64,000 nucleotides of DNA from Candidatus Levyibacteriota bacterium (GCA_043823085.1 JBDRBE010000004.1:197510-261509), one strand, 5' to 3'. Counted from the first letter of the stretch, positions 19,078-27,091 are shown. Notes: generated by a model from the sequence alone, not told the origin. Translations and numbers: made by a program.

Positions 19078-19103
19078 TTTAGTTTTTGGAGGTAATATTA
19101 CAT

Positions 19104-19649
19104 ATGAGACCTAAGCTTGAAATAGATTTTGAACATTTTGCTGTAATGCTATTTGGAGATAGATACTATCAATATTGCAACTGGAACACGGAAAGTAATT
19201 ATAAAAAACTTTTGAAAGAAATAGCTCATCAATTAGAGATAGTAATTAACTCACAATTTACACCATCTGATGGTTTACAAAAACAAATGATAGAATTTTC
19301 ACTAGAAAAACTTCAGCGATCACCTAAAAAAAGCAATTACGAAGCATATTACATCAAAGAGTTAGTAACAATTATTTTTTGGATATTAGGTGACTTTCCC
19401 AACAACTGGCAAAGAAAAAACCTTAGAGGTAAAAAGATAGATAATTTCCATTATTCACGAAGTTTACACTATTCTCAAACTCTTAATCAAAAGATAAATA
19501 CTATTCTTGAAGCTCATAGGCTATCTCCTTTTTCCGAAAGGATATCTTGGCATGATCTAATAGTAAAAATAGGGCAATCTGGCGGTAGGGATAAATTTAT
19601 AGATTTTTATAAAAAAACTTACCCCGATTTATATTTGAAACTATTTTAA
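19104..19649 (+). CDS. Orphan hypothetical protein (182 aa) embedded in the restriction-modification-like operon
   Basis: GGAGG Shine-Dalgarno sequence 13 nt upstream of the ATG at 19104; no recognisable domain. Confidence 0.55.
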   Translation: MRPKLEIDFEHFAVMLFGDRYYQYCNWNTESNYKKLLKEIAHQLEIVINSQFTPSDGLQKQMIEFSLEKLQRSPKKSNYEAYYIKELVTIIFWILGDFPNNWQRKNLRGKKIDNFHYSRSLHYSQTLNQKINTILEAHRLSPFSERISWHDLIVKIGQSGGRDKFIDFYKKTYPDLYLKLF

Positions 19650-19686
19650 TATGATTACTTATTCAATAATCCAAAAATCTCAACTT

Positions 19687-19715
19687 GATGGTTCGACAAG
19701 CTCGCCACAAGAGGA
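19687..19715 (+). repeat. 29-nt direct repeat, copy 2 (GATGGTTCGACAAGCTCGCCACAAGAGGA), ending in the hsdS Shine-Dalgarno sequence
   Basis: See copy 1. Confidence 0.85.
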
Positions 19716-19727
19716 GCACTTTATTTT

Positions 19728-21098
19728 ATGATTTCATATTCAATCATTAACAAAAGTCAGTTAGAGGGAGCCTCGCGGCTGGATGCGGAATATTATCAGC
19801 CGGAATATTTAACCCTTGCTCAAAAACTAAGAGAGCTTAGTCTCCCCAGAATAAGCAAACTAGGTTTAGCTGTTGATGCGAGCGCTTTTTATCCATCAAT
19901 AGCAGAATACTATACTAGCGATGGGATCCCTTTTGTCAGGGTTGCAGATGTTGTAAATTTTCAATTGATTGAGGATGATTTATTGTTCTTGCCCAAAAAA
20001 ATTGCTGAGCAATATAAAACATTACGAAAAGGTAAGCCGGGAGATATTATTATCACAAAAGGTGGTACTGTAGGAAACGCAGCTCTCCTCCCTAAAAAAT
20101 ATCCAGAATACGCATTGAGCAGAGATATTATTTTTATTAGAACCTCAAAACTTCCAGAAGAGCTAGCAATAACAATTCTTCTATTTTTAAATTCAAAGTT
20201 TGGAATTTTTCAGTTGCTAAGAGGCGCAAGTCAGCAAATTCAACAACATTTAACTTTCCCATTTATTCGAGACTTAAATGTTCCCAAAATTGCCATTTAT
20301 GAAGCAGTAGAACTTTATCGAAAGGGGCTTGATGAATACGAAAATTCGAAATCTTTATACGCTAAAGCCGAGAATTTGCTTCTGGAGGAGTTGGGATTAA
20401 AAGATTTTCAAGTTGAAGATGATTTGAGTTTTGTTGTAAATCTTTCAGATGTAAAATCTGCAAACCGAGTTGATGCGGAACACTTTCAGCCGAAATATGA
20501 TAAATTATTGGAAAAAATTAAGCAAAATAAATGTCAAGTTTTAACAAGTATAATAGAAAACGTCAACGCAAAATTTGATCCTATTAAAACTCCAGATTCG
20601 GAATTTAAATATGTTGAATTAGCAAACATTAACTCATCTATAGGAGTTATTGATGGTTATACTGAAGTTTTAGGCAAAGAAGCCCCAAGCAGAGCAAAAA
20701 GATTATTAAAAAAAGACGATGTAATTGTTTCAAGCATTGAGGGATCTCTAGAAAAAGTTGCTCTAGCGGATGAGGAGCAAGATGGTTATATTGCTTCAAC
20801 CGGGTTTTTCCAATTTAGATCAAAAGAGTTATTACCGGAGGTAATTTTAATTTTTGCAAAAAGCATGGTTTTACAGTGGCAGTTTAAAAAACATTGTGCA
20901 GGTACGATATTAACAGCAGTTCCCGGCGAAGCTTTACAAAAAATGTTTATTCCAATAATTTCAAAACCCACCCAACAAAAAATTGCGGAATTGGTGAGGA
21001 AATCACATGAGGCAAGGAAAAAATCAAAAGAGCTTTTAGAAGAAGCGAAAAGAAAAGTTGAGACTTCGATAGAAACTCAGTCTAAAAGAAATGATTGA
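19728..21098 (+). CDS. hsdS: Type I restriction-modification specificity subunit with two target-recognition domains
   Basis: Duplicated RLDAEYYQP and RVDAEHFQP motifs, a central conserved coiled region, and C-terminal ELLEEAKRKVE. Confidence 0.85.
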   Translation: MISYSIINKSQLEGASRLDAEYYQPEYLTLAQKLRELSLPRISKLGLAVDASAFYPSIAEYYTSDGIPFVRVADVVNFQLIEDDLLFLPKKIAEQYKTLRKGKPGDIIITKGGTVGNAALLPKKYPEYALSRDIIFIRTSKLPEELAITILLFLNSKFGIFQLLRGASQQIQQHLTFPFIRDLNVPKIAIYEAVELYRKGLDEYENSKSLYAKAENLLLEELGLKDFQVEDDLSFVVNLSDVKSANRVDAEHFQPKYDKLLEKIKQNKCQVLTSIIENVNAKFDPIKTPDSEFKYVELANINSSIGVIDGYTEVLGKEAPSRAKRLLKKDDVIVSSIEGSLEKVALADEEQDGYIASTGFFQFRSKELLPEVILIFAKSMVLQWQFKKHCAGTILTAVPGEALQKMFIPIISKPTQQKIAELVRKSHEARKKSKELLEEAKRKVETSIETQSKRND

Positions 21099-21317
21099 AA
21101 AAAGATAATGAAGATAAATCTGCAACAAGAATTAAAATTTATTCATTCTGAAAAAATGAATACCGTTGACAAAAATAGTTTATCTTTTGAAATGTTAAAT
21201 ATCGCTCAAGTTTTAATATCAAATTACGCTAACGCAGAAACAAAAAAGTTAAAATCTTTTTACAGAACAATTTATTTTAAAACAAAAAATTTCTATTTAA
21301 ATCAATACAAATTGTAG

Positions 21318-21605
21318 TTATTCTAGCGGCAGATTATTCGACCATTGAATAAATTTCATACAATATTCAAAACTTCCAAAGTCACCCTCTTTTTGAGTTA
21401 TAAATACCTGACACCTATTCTTCTCGGCAGATACAGCATCTAAAAGTTCTTTATAACGATTGCTTTGCTCGCGGAGCGTTTGGACTTCCGAAAGAACCGC
21501 CTTTGCCTTTTGTTCGCTATTTACAATCCCTGAATACCAGTAATAAACACATCCTGCGATTACAACGACCACTAAAAATAGTAAAATAACTAATTTCTTC
21601 CGCAT
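21318..21605 (-). CDS. Small membrane-anchored hypothetical protein
   Basis: GGAG Shine-Dalgarno sequence before MRKKLVILLFLVVVVIAG; single N-terminal transmembrane helix. Confidence 0.4.
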   Translation of the reverse strand: MRKKLVILLFLVVVVIAGCVYYWYSGIVNSEQKAKAVLSEVQTLREQSNRYKELLDAVSAEKNRCQVFITQKEGDFGSFEYCMKFIQWSNNLPLE

Positions 21606-21678
21606 ATTCTTTATATCTCCAATTCTAATTATATCACAAATTACTTTCAAACATTACATTGTTCGCTTTTACATATAC

Positions 21679-21708
21679 TTGTCAAGCAGACGAGTAGATT
21701 GGTATAAT
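21679..21708 (+). promoter_or_regulatory. tRNA-Lys promoter: -35 TTGTCA, 18-nt spacer, -10 TATAAT, about 9 nt before the tRNA 5' end
   Basis: Read directly. The -35 sits inside the palindrome CTTGTCAAG, which reads TTGACA on the other strand. Confidence 0.6.
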
Positions 21709-21717
21709 GAAGAGTAC

Positions 21718-21789
21718 GGGCCGGTAGCTCAGCGGTAGAGCAGGAGCCTTTTAAGCTCTTGGTCACAGGTTCGAATCCTGTCCGGCTCA
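21718..21789 (+). tRNA. tRNA-Lys (anticodon TTT)
   Basis: Cloverleaf folded by hand: acceptor GGGCCGG/CCGGCTC, anticodon loop CTTTTAA, T-loop GGTTCGAATCC. No CCA encoded. Confidence 0.88.
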
Positions 21790-21870
21790 CTCTTCGACTC
21801 GCACAATGCAATTGTGCTCGCTCAGAGTAAACTCGAGTCAAAGAACCCTGAGCTTGTCGAAGGGCTAACA

Positions 21871-22125
21871 ATGTCTTGGTTCGTTTATATAGCTAGAGCA
21901 AAAACTAACAGATTTTATACGGGGATCACTACATGTCCTAACAAAAGGATCACAAAGCACAATTCAGGCAAGGGTTCAAGGTTTGCTATAGAACAAGGTC
22001 CATTTGAACTGATTTATAGCTCCAAAGCATTTCCAGATAAATCAGAAGCAAGAAAGAGGGAAATTCAAATTAAAGGTTGGTCAAGAGAAAAGAAATTAAA
22101 ACTAATAAGCGGGGCGTGGAAATAG
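21871..22125 (+). CDS. GIY-YIG nuclease superfamily protein (UPF0213-like)
   Basis: WFVYIARAKTNRFYTGITT...KHNSGKG...REIQIKGWSREKK; GAAGGG Shine-Dalgarno sequence upstream. Confidence 0.75.
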   Translation: MSWFVYIARAKTNRFYTGITTCPNKRITKHNSGKGSRFAIEQGPFELIYSSKAFPDKSEARKREIQIKGWSREKKLKLISGAWK

Positions 22126-22173
22126 AATTAGAGAGACCGAATTTTTCCAATACGGTTCATCACTACCCTTTTC

Positions 22174-22299
22174 CTAATCAGGTCCATAAAAGTATTGCAT
22201 TGCTCCACAACACATAAGATAAACTAATTCCTGTATTTGTTTTAATTCTTCCTCTGATGCATTAGGATAATATTTTCGTATTACATCCAATGGTAACAT
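22174..22299 (-). CDS. Hypothetical 41-aa protein (MLPLDVIRKYYPNASEEELKQIQELVYLMCCGAMQYFYGPD)
   Basis: Strong Shine-Dalgarno sequence AAGGTGGTGA 7 nt before the ATG. It is below the ORF-track size cutoff. Confidence 0.3.
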   Translation of the reverse strand: MLPLDVIRKYYPNASEEELKQIQELVYLMCCGAMQYFYGPD

Positions 22300-22428
22300 T
22301 TATAATCACCACCTTCATTCGTCAAAACTCATAGGTTTTATTTTAGAAGCGACTGAGTGTTTCAAGAAAGGAGAAAAACATCATTCAGTCTTTATTATCT
22401 GTTAAAATAGTGCTTGCTTATATAAATT

Positions 22429-23247
22429 ATGGGTGTTGAAACTTTGATAGCTAGAGAAGCTGCAAGCCTTATCACAAGAAGGCCAGATAAATTAAAACAT
22501 ACTGTTGGATTATATTTAATTTCTTTTTTAAACCCCGAAGTAAGTCGGGTTGGTAGAGCAACCTACTTCTTTATTCGTTACATGGATGATCTGCTTGATG
22601 GTAATAGAAGATTATCAAATGGATATCAAGTCCTCCCGCATATTGAAGCTATGAGGTCTCAAGTCGAAACAGGAAGATTTACAAAAGAGCCCAAAATTAT
22701 GGAGCTTGCAGAATATTCGTTAGGTGCTCTTCAAAGAAAAGCGTTGGCAAGTGATAACCCTCGACAAGATTTCCTTGATGTAATTGATATTATGGTTTTT
22801 GACTATCAGAGACTGCAAGCAAGACAAGAATTATCGGCGGAGCAATTAACAGATTATTATAAAAAAACTTTTTACCCCATACATAATATTATGTTAGTTG
22901 GGTTAGGATCAACTTTAAGAGCTACTGATATTCCCACATTTTCTCTTTGCCAGGGTCGAGTATATTCCGTTGAACATTTACAAGCAGATTGGAAAGTTGG
23001 AATTATTAATATACCAGAAGAAGTTTTGAGAACAGCTGGACTTAGTGCACAATCTCCTTATGAAACGGTAAGACAATCATCAGTAGTTAATGCTTGGGCT
23101 CGCAATGAACTTCGAGAAAGCAGAACAGAATTATTAATGCTACGAAAAATGTTTCAAGCTTCACCAGAAAGGATTACTCCAAGAATATATGGCGGCTTAA
23201 TAGGATCAATGATGGAAGTAGTAAATAGACCCTCCCCTTTTAATTAA
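22429..23247 (+). CDS. Hypothetical protein with a weak squalene/phytoene-synthase-like (isoprenoid synthase fold) signature
   Basis: YFFIRYMDDLLDG (Asp-rich motif 1-like) and GRVYSVEHL...INIPEEVLRTAGLS (motif 2 region-like). No database search was run. Confidence 0.3.
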   Translation: MGVETLIAREAASLITRRPDKLKHTVGLYLISFLNPEVSRVGRATYFFIRYMDDLLDGNRRLSNGYQVLPHIEAMRSQVETGRFTKEPKIMELAEYSLGALQRKALASDNPRQDFLDVIDIMVFDYQRLQARQELSAEQLTDYYKKTFYPIHNIMLVGLGSTLRATDIPTFSLCQGRVYSVEHLQADWKVGIINIPEEVLRTAGLSAQSPYETVRQSSVVNAWARNELRESRTELLMLRKMFQASPERITPRIYGGLIGSMMEVVNRPSPFN

Positions 23248-23289
23248 CAGGAACTTGCAGAATTATCCTAAAAATTCGATATACTTTCT

Positions 23290-23458
23290 TCACCGAATGA
23301 TCCTAGTGGTGAAAGTACCTTACTGTTAGGGAGCGAATGTTGGCGGAAAATTTTCCGATCCATCTTGGCCGCAAGGATCGATTTAGTAGTTGCATTTTGT
23401 CATTATTTTTGATAGCATAATGTTGTATTTCTGAAAAGAAATACTTTAATTTGCTAAC
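23290..23458 (+). ncRNA. Candidate small RNA or structured 3' element with its own putative promoter and terminator
   Basis: -35 TTGCAG at 23255-23260 and -10 TATACT at 23280-23285. Internal hairpins TTCACC...GGTGAA and CGATCC...GGATCG. Ends at the intrinsic terminator 23459-23491. No ORF or ribosome-binding site. Confidence 0.3.
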
Positions 23459-23491
23459 TCCCCCCGGTTCATTACGACCCGGGGGTTTTTC
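23459..23491 (+). terminator. Rho-independent terminator: CTCCCCCCGG-loop-CCCGGGGG followed by TTTTT
   Basis: GC-rich 8-9 bp stem, 10-nt loop and T5 run, read directly. Confidence 0.8.
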
Positions 23492-23523
23492 TTGCTTAAA
23501 ATCTTGGAATAACCTAAGATAAA

Positions 23524-24072
23524 GTGGTGAAGAAAAAAGTTTTAGTTCAGTTTGATGGCAGCAATTTCTACAAAAAAGTTAAACAGATTCTACCTCAAGT
23601 TCATTTAACTAATTTTGATTACAAAGGATTAGCAAAATCCATCACAAAAGCCACACCGGATCAAATAATTTACTATGTCGGCGAAATTAGAAAATATCCT
23701 GGCAATAAAAAGTCAGAAACTCTATATGCCAATCAACAGTAGCTATTCTTAAACTTAAGAAAGCAGGGTTTAGAAATAAAACTTGGATATCTTTTGATGT
23801 CCAATGGAAAATTTAGTGAAAAAGGCGTTGATGTTCAGATTGCTGTCGATATTGTACGCGGATCGATAAAGAATGAATTCAGTAAATTTTATCTGATTTC
23901 CTCTGATACAGATTTATTACCAGCTATTCAAACCGCAAAGGAAGAAGGGAAAGAGGTAATTTATGTTGGTTTCGAAAATTTCATCAGTCGAGCTCTACAA
24001 AAGAACTGTTCTTCTTACTTGATTTTAAAGAAAAAACAAATTCTAAAATTTGCTAAAATTAAAAGAAGTTGA
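23524..24072 (+). pseudogene. NYN-domain gene interrupted by a single in-frame TAG at 23740-23742
   Basis: Track ORFs 23524..23742 and 23794..24072 are in the same frame. Reading through gives one NYN domain: ...FDGSNFY...YANQQ*LFLNLRKQGLEIKLGYLL...KGVDVQIAVD...LISSDTDLLP. Confidence 0.65.
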
Positions 24073-24220
24073 TGTACCTACTTATGCATTTTTCAAGCCA
24101 AATAAATGGGCAAATTCGGAGTTTAGCCCTTCCTGAAGGAATAATTCACAGAATTCTCGCAGTCTGTTTAAGATATCATCCGTCTCACGCTTTGGTGAAC
24201 TCTACTTGACGCATCACTAA

Positions 24221-27031
24221 ATGGTCTGTTATGCTAAACGCAAGTTGAGCATCGCTAAAATATTTTCTTGGGCAATTTTAACTATTTGTGTTGTTGTTTT
24301 TGTCTTGTTGTTAAACATTGTTTCTCTGGTTACCGATTGGTGGTGGTATTCCGAAGTAGGATATTCCGAAATTTTCATAAAGTCCCTCAGCGCTAAAATC
24401 ATTGTGGGTTTTTCGGCTGGACTCATTGCAGCTGTTTTTCTTCTTACCAACATATTTTTTGCCCTGCGTTCTAAAATACCGTGGACAATAAAAATCCCGG
24501 AAGCTATGGTTGGCACCAGTCAGCCTTTAAGCTTGAGCAGTGGTTTATTTGGAAAACTTAGCATCATTATCAGTCTTATAATTTCTATCTTTATCGGTCT
24601 TATTGCGGCAAGTAATTGGAGCGATGTCTTGAGATTTCTCTCACAAGTCCCTTTTGATCAAAAAGATCCATTGTTTGGTCTGGATGTTTCTTTTTATGTA
24701 TTTTCGCTTCCCGTTTATTCTTTGGGGCTTAGTCTTATAAAAATTCTTCTTCTTGTATCTCTTATTGGTTGCTGTACTGCCTATATTTTGCGAGGCAGTC
24801 TTAAGCTTTCAAGTATTTTTGGTAAATTTGGTTCGCCGCAATTAACCGCAAAACCAAAGAAGCTTCATGATGCTTATTCACCAAGCGCAATACAAACCGA
24901 TAAGAAAGCCAGATTACACATCGGAATTTTATTATTTCTTTTTTTTACAGCAACTGCAGTTGGCACTCATTTTTCTATTTATGATTTGCTTATTAGTCAA
25001 AGCGGTGTTGTATTTGGTGCGGTTTTCACCGATGCAAATATTGTTATTCCTATTTTACGCGCATCTGTTTTTATTTACGGTTTCTCTGCAATTTTAGCAT
25101 TATTTTATGGAATATCCGGAAGAGTCGCGCCTCTTTTAGGTGCAGTTTTATTAACTATAATAGTCGGATTTGCATCTTCGATTTTTCCATCAATTTTTCA
25201 AAAACTGGTCGTAGCGCCAAATGAGCTTGTTAAGGAAGCTCCGTTTATCAAAAACAATATTTATGCCAGTCGCAAAGCTTATGGTTTGGACAATGTGGAA
25301 GAACGGGAAATAGCCGCAGACAAACCAATTACAGCATCCGATATCGCAGCTAACAATTTAACAATCAAAAATGTTCGGCTTTGGGACAGAGATCCGCTTC
25401 TCTCCACTTTTTCACAAATCCAGGAGATTAGAACTTATTACGAGTTCGCGTCAGTTGATAATGACCGTTACATGATTAACGATGAAATACGTCAAATCAT
25501 GCTTTCACCAAGAGAGTTGGCTTCGGATAGTCTGCCGAACAAAAATTGGATTAACGAAACGCTTACTTTTACTCACGGATATGGCGCGGCTGCCGGACCC
25601 GTAAACCAAGTTACACCGGAAGGGTTACCGGTGCTATTCGTTAAAGACTTACCTCCAAAATCTGAAGTTGAAGAACTTAAAATCACCAGACCGGAGGTTT
25701 ACTATGGAGAAATTTTAAATGATTACGTTATAGTCAAAACTAAATCTAAAGAATTCGACTATCCAAAAGGGGAAGATAATGTATACACCTCTTATGCAGG
25801 GAAGGGTGGAGTTGAGATTAATTCGTCTTTGCGTCGGATTTTCTATGCCTTACGTTTTGGTTCGTTAAAATTATTTTTATCAAGTGACGTTACCAGAGAA
25901 AGCCGTATTATTTATAATCGCAATATAAAAGAAAGAGTCAGCAAAATCGCACCTTTTCTTACTTACGACCGAGATCCATATCTTGTAATTAGCGATGGTA
26001 AACTGCGTTGGATTCTCGATGCTTACACGTCCACTGACCGTTATCCCTATTCCCAGCCGCTATCTATAGATGGAAATAAAGTAAACTACATCAGAAATTC
26101 AGTTAAGGTAGTGATTGATGCCTACGATGGGTCAGTCAAATTTTATCAAAGTGATCCTGATGATCCAATTATTAAAGCTTATTCCAAGATTTTCCCCAAA
26201 ACTTTTCAAAAGCTTTCAGATATGCCCAAAAGCCTGATCGTGCATCTTCGTTATCCCGAGGATATTTTTACTTTGCAAACTACTATTTATACTATATATC
26301 ACATGGATGATCCGCAGATTTTCTATAATAAAGAAGATCAGTGGGAAATCCCTGCTATTACTCAAGGGGATGAGCTGCAGGCGATGGATCCTCGGCACAT
26401 GATTATGAAGCTTCCCGGTGAAAAACAAGAGGAATTTATTCTAATGTTGCCATTTACGCCTAGGGCCAAAGATAATCTATCCGCATGGATGGTTGCCAGA
26501 AATGACGAAGAGCAGTATGGTAAACTTATGGTTTACCGCTTTCCCAAAGATAAATTGGTGTTTGGTCCCAAGCAGATAATCGGCCGAATTAGCCAAGATG
26601 CGCAGATCAGTCAGCAAATTTCCCTGTGGGATCAGACCGGTTCTCAAGTAATTCAGGGGCCCCTTTTGGTCATTCCGATTGAGGAATCTTTGGTTTACGT
26701 GCGGCCGCTTTATCTTAAGGCAACAACTGGTAAGATCCCGGAACTCAAACGGGTAATTGTTGCATATGAAAACAAGATTGCCATGGAGGAGACTTTGGAG
26801 GAAGGTCTGGCTAAAATCTTTGGTAATGTTGAGGGTCAAACCAAGCCATCCGAAGAAATATTTCTTCAAGCAACAGAACCAATATCCATTGATATAACTA
26901 AAGAAGACCTGCTTGAGCAAGCAAGTCAAGCGTATAAGTCCGCTATCAATGCGCAACGCGAGGGAGATTGGGGAAGGTATGGAGAGGAAATAAATACTTT
27001 GGGAGAAATACTAAACAGACTTAAACAGTAA
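24221..27031 (+). CDS. UPF0182-family large membrane protein
   Basis: About 930 aa with multiple N-terminal transmembrane helices and a large extracytoplasmic C-terminal domain; the overall architecture matches UPF0182. Confidence 0.65.
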   Translation: MVCYAKRKLSIAKIFSWAILTICVVVFVLLLNIVSLVTDWWWYSEVGYSEIFIKSLSAKIIVGFSAGLIAAVFLLTNIFFALRSKIPWTIKIPEAMVGTSQPLSLSSGLFGKLSIIISLIISIFIGLIAASNWSDVLRFLSQVPFDQKDPLFGLDVSFYVFSLPVYSLGLSLIKILLLVSLIGCCTAYILRGSLKLSSIFGKFGSPQLTAKPKKLHDAYSPSAIQTDKKARLHIGILLFLFFTATAVGTHFSIYDLLISQSGVVFGAVFTDANIVIPILRASVFIYGFSAILALFYGISGRVAPLLGAVLLTIIVGFASSIFPSIFQKLVVAPNELVKEAPFIKNNIYASRKAYGLDNVEEREIAADKPITASDIAANNLTIKNVRLWDRDPLLSTFSQIQEIRTYYEFASVDNDRYMINDEIRQIMLSPRELASDSLPNKNWINETLTFTHGYGAAAGPVNQVTPEGLPVLFVKDLPPKSEVEELKITRPEVYYGEILNDYVIVKTKSKEFDYPKGEDNVYTSYAGKGGVEINSSLRRIFYALRFGSLKLFLSSDVTRESRIIYNRNIKERVSKIAPFLTYDRDPYLVISDGKLRWILDAYTSTDRYPYSQPLSIDGNKVNYIRNSVKVVIDAYDGSVKFYQSDPDDPIIKAYSKIFPKTFQKLSDMPKSLIVHLRYPEDIFTLQTTIYTIYHMDDPQIFYNKEDQWEIPAITQGDELQAMDPRHMIMKLPGEKQEEFILMLPFTPRAKDNLSAWMVARNDEEQYGKLMVYRFPKDKLVFGPKQIIGRISQDAQISQQISLWDQTGSQVIQGPLLVIPIEESLVYVRPLYLKATTGKIPELKRVIVAYENKIAMEETLEEGLAKIFGNVEGQTKPSEEIFLQATEPISIDITKEDLLEQASQAYKSAINAQREGDWGRYGEEINTLGEILNRLKQ

Positions 27032-27061
27032 TTCCAACGCCTAATACATCTACTCCAAGAC

Positions 27062-27091
27062 TTGACAAGTACAATCTTGTCTGTTTACACT
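27062..27091 (+). promoter_or_regulatory. Promoter copy A (CTTGACAAG -35, TACACTAAT -10 region) for the Pro/Cys-rich small ORF
   Basis: Near-duplicate of the element at 27452-27482; shared downstream TTAAAAAGAGTA and Shine-Dalgarno AGGAGGTGAGATA. Confidence 0.5.

Noticed and set aside
21647-21871. Minus-strand ORF (74 aa) spanning tRNA-Lys(TTT)
   Set aside because: It overlaps a confidently folded tRNA and its promoter, so it is spurious.
23740-23742. Genome-wide TAG (or TGA) sense-codon reassignment
   Set aside because: TAG ends lexA, and TGA ends uvrA and the hsdM-like gene, at positions consistent with full-length homologs. A standard code fits every other gene.
23290-24072. Type III (ToxIN-like) toxin-antitoxin interpretation of the candidate small RNA plus the NYN gene
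   Set aside because: The candidate RNA contains no tandem direct repeats, which a ToxI-type antitoxin requires.
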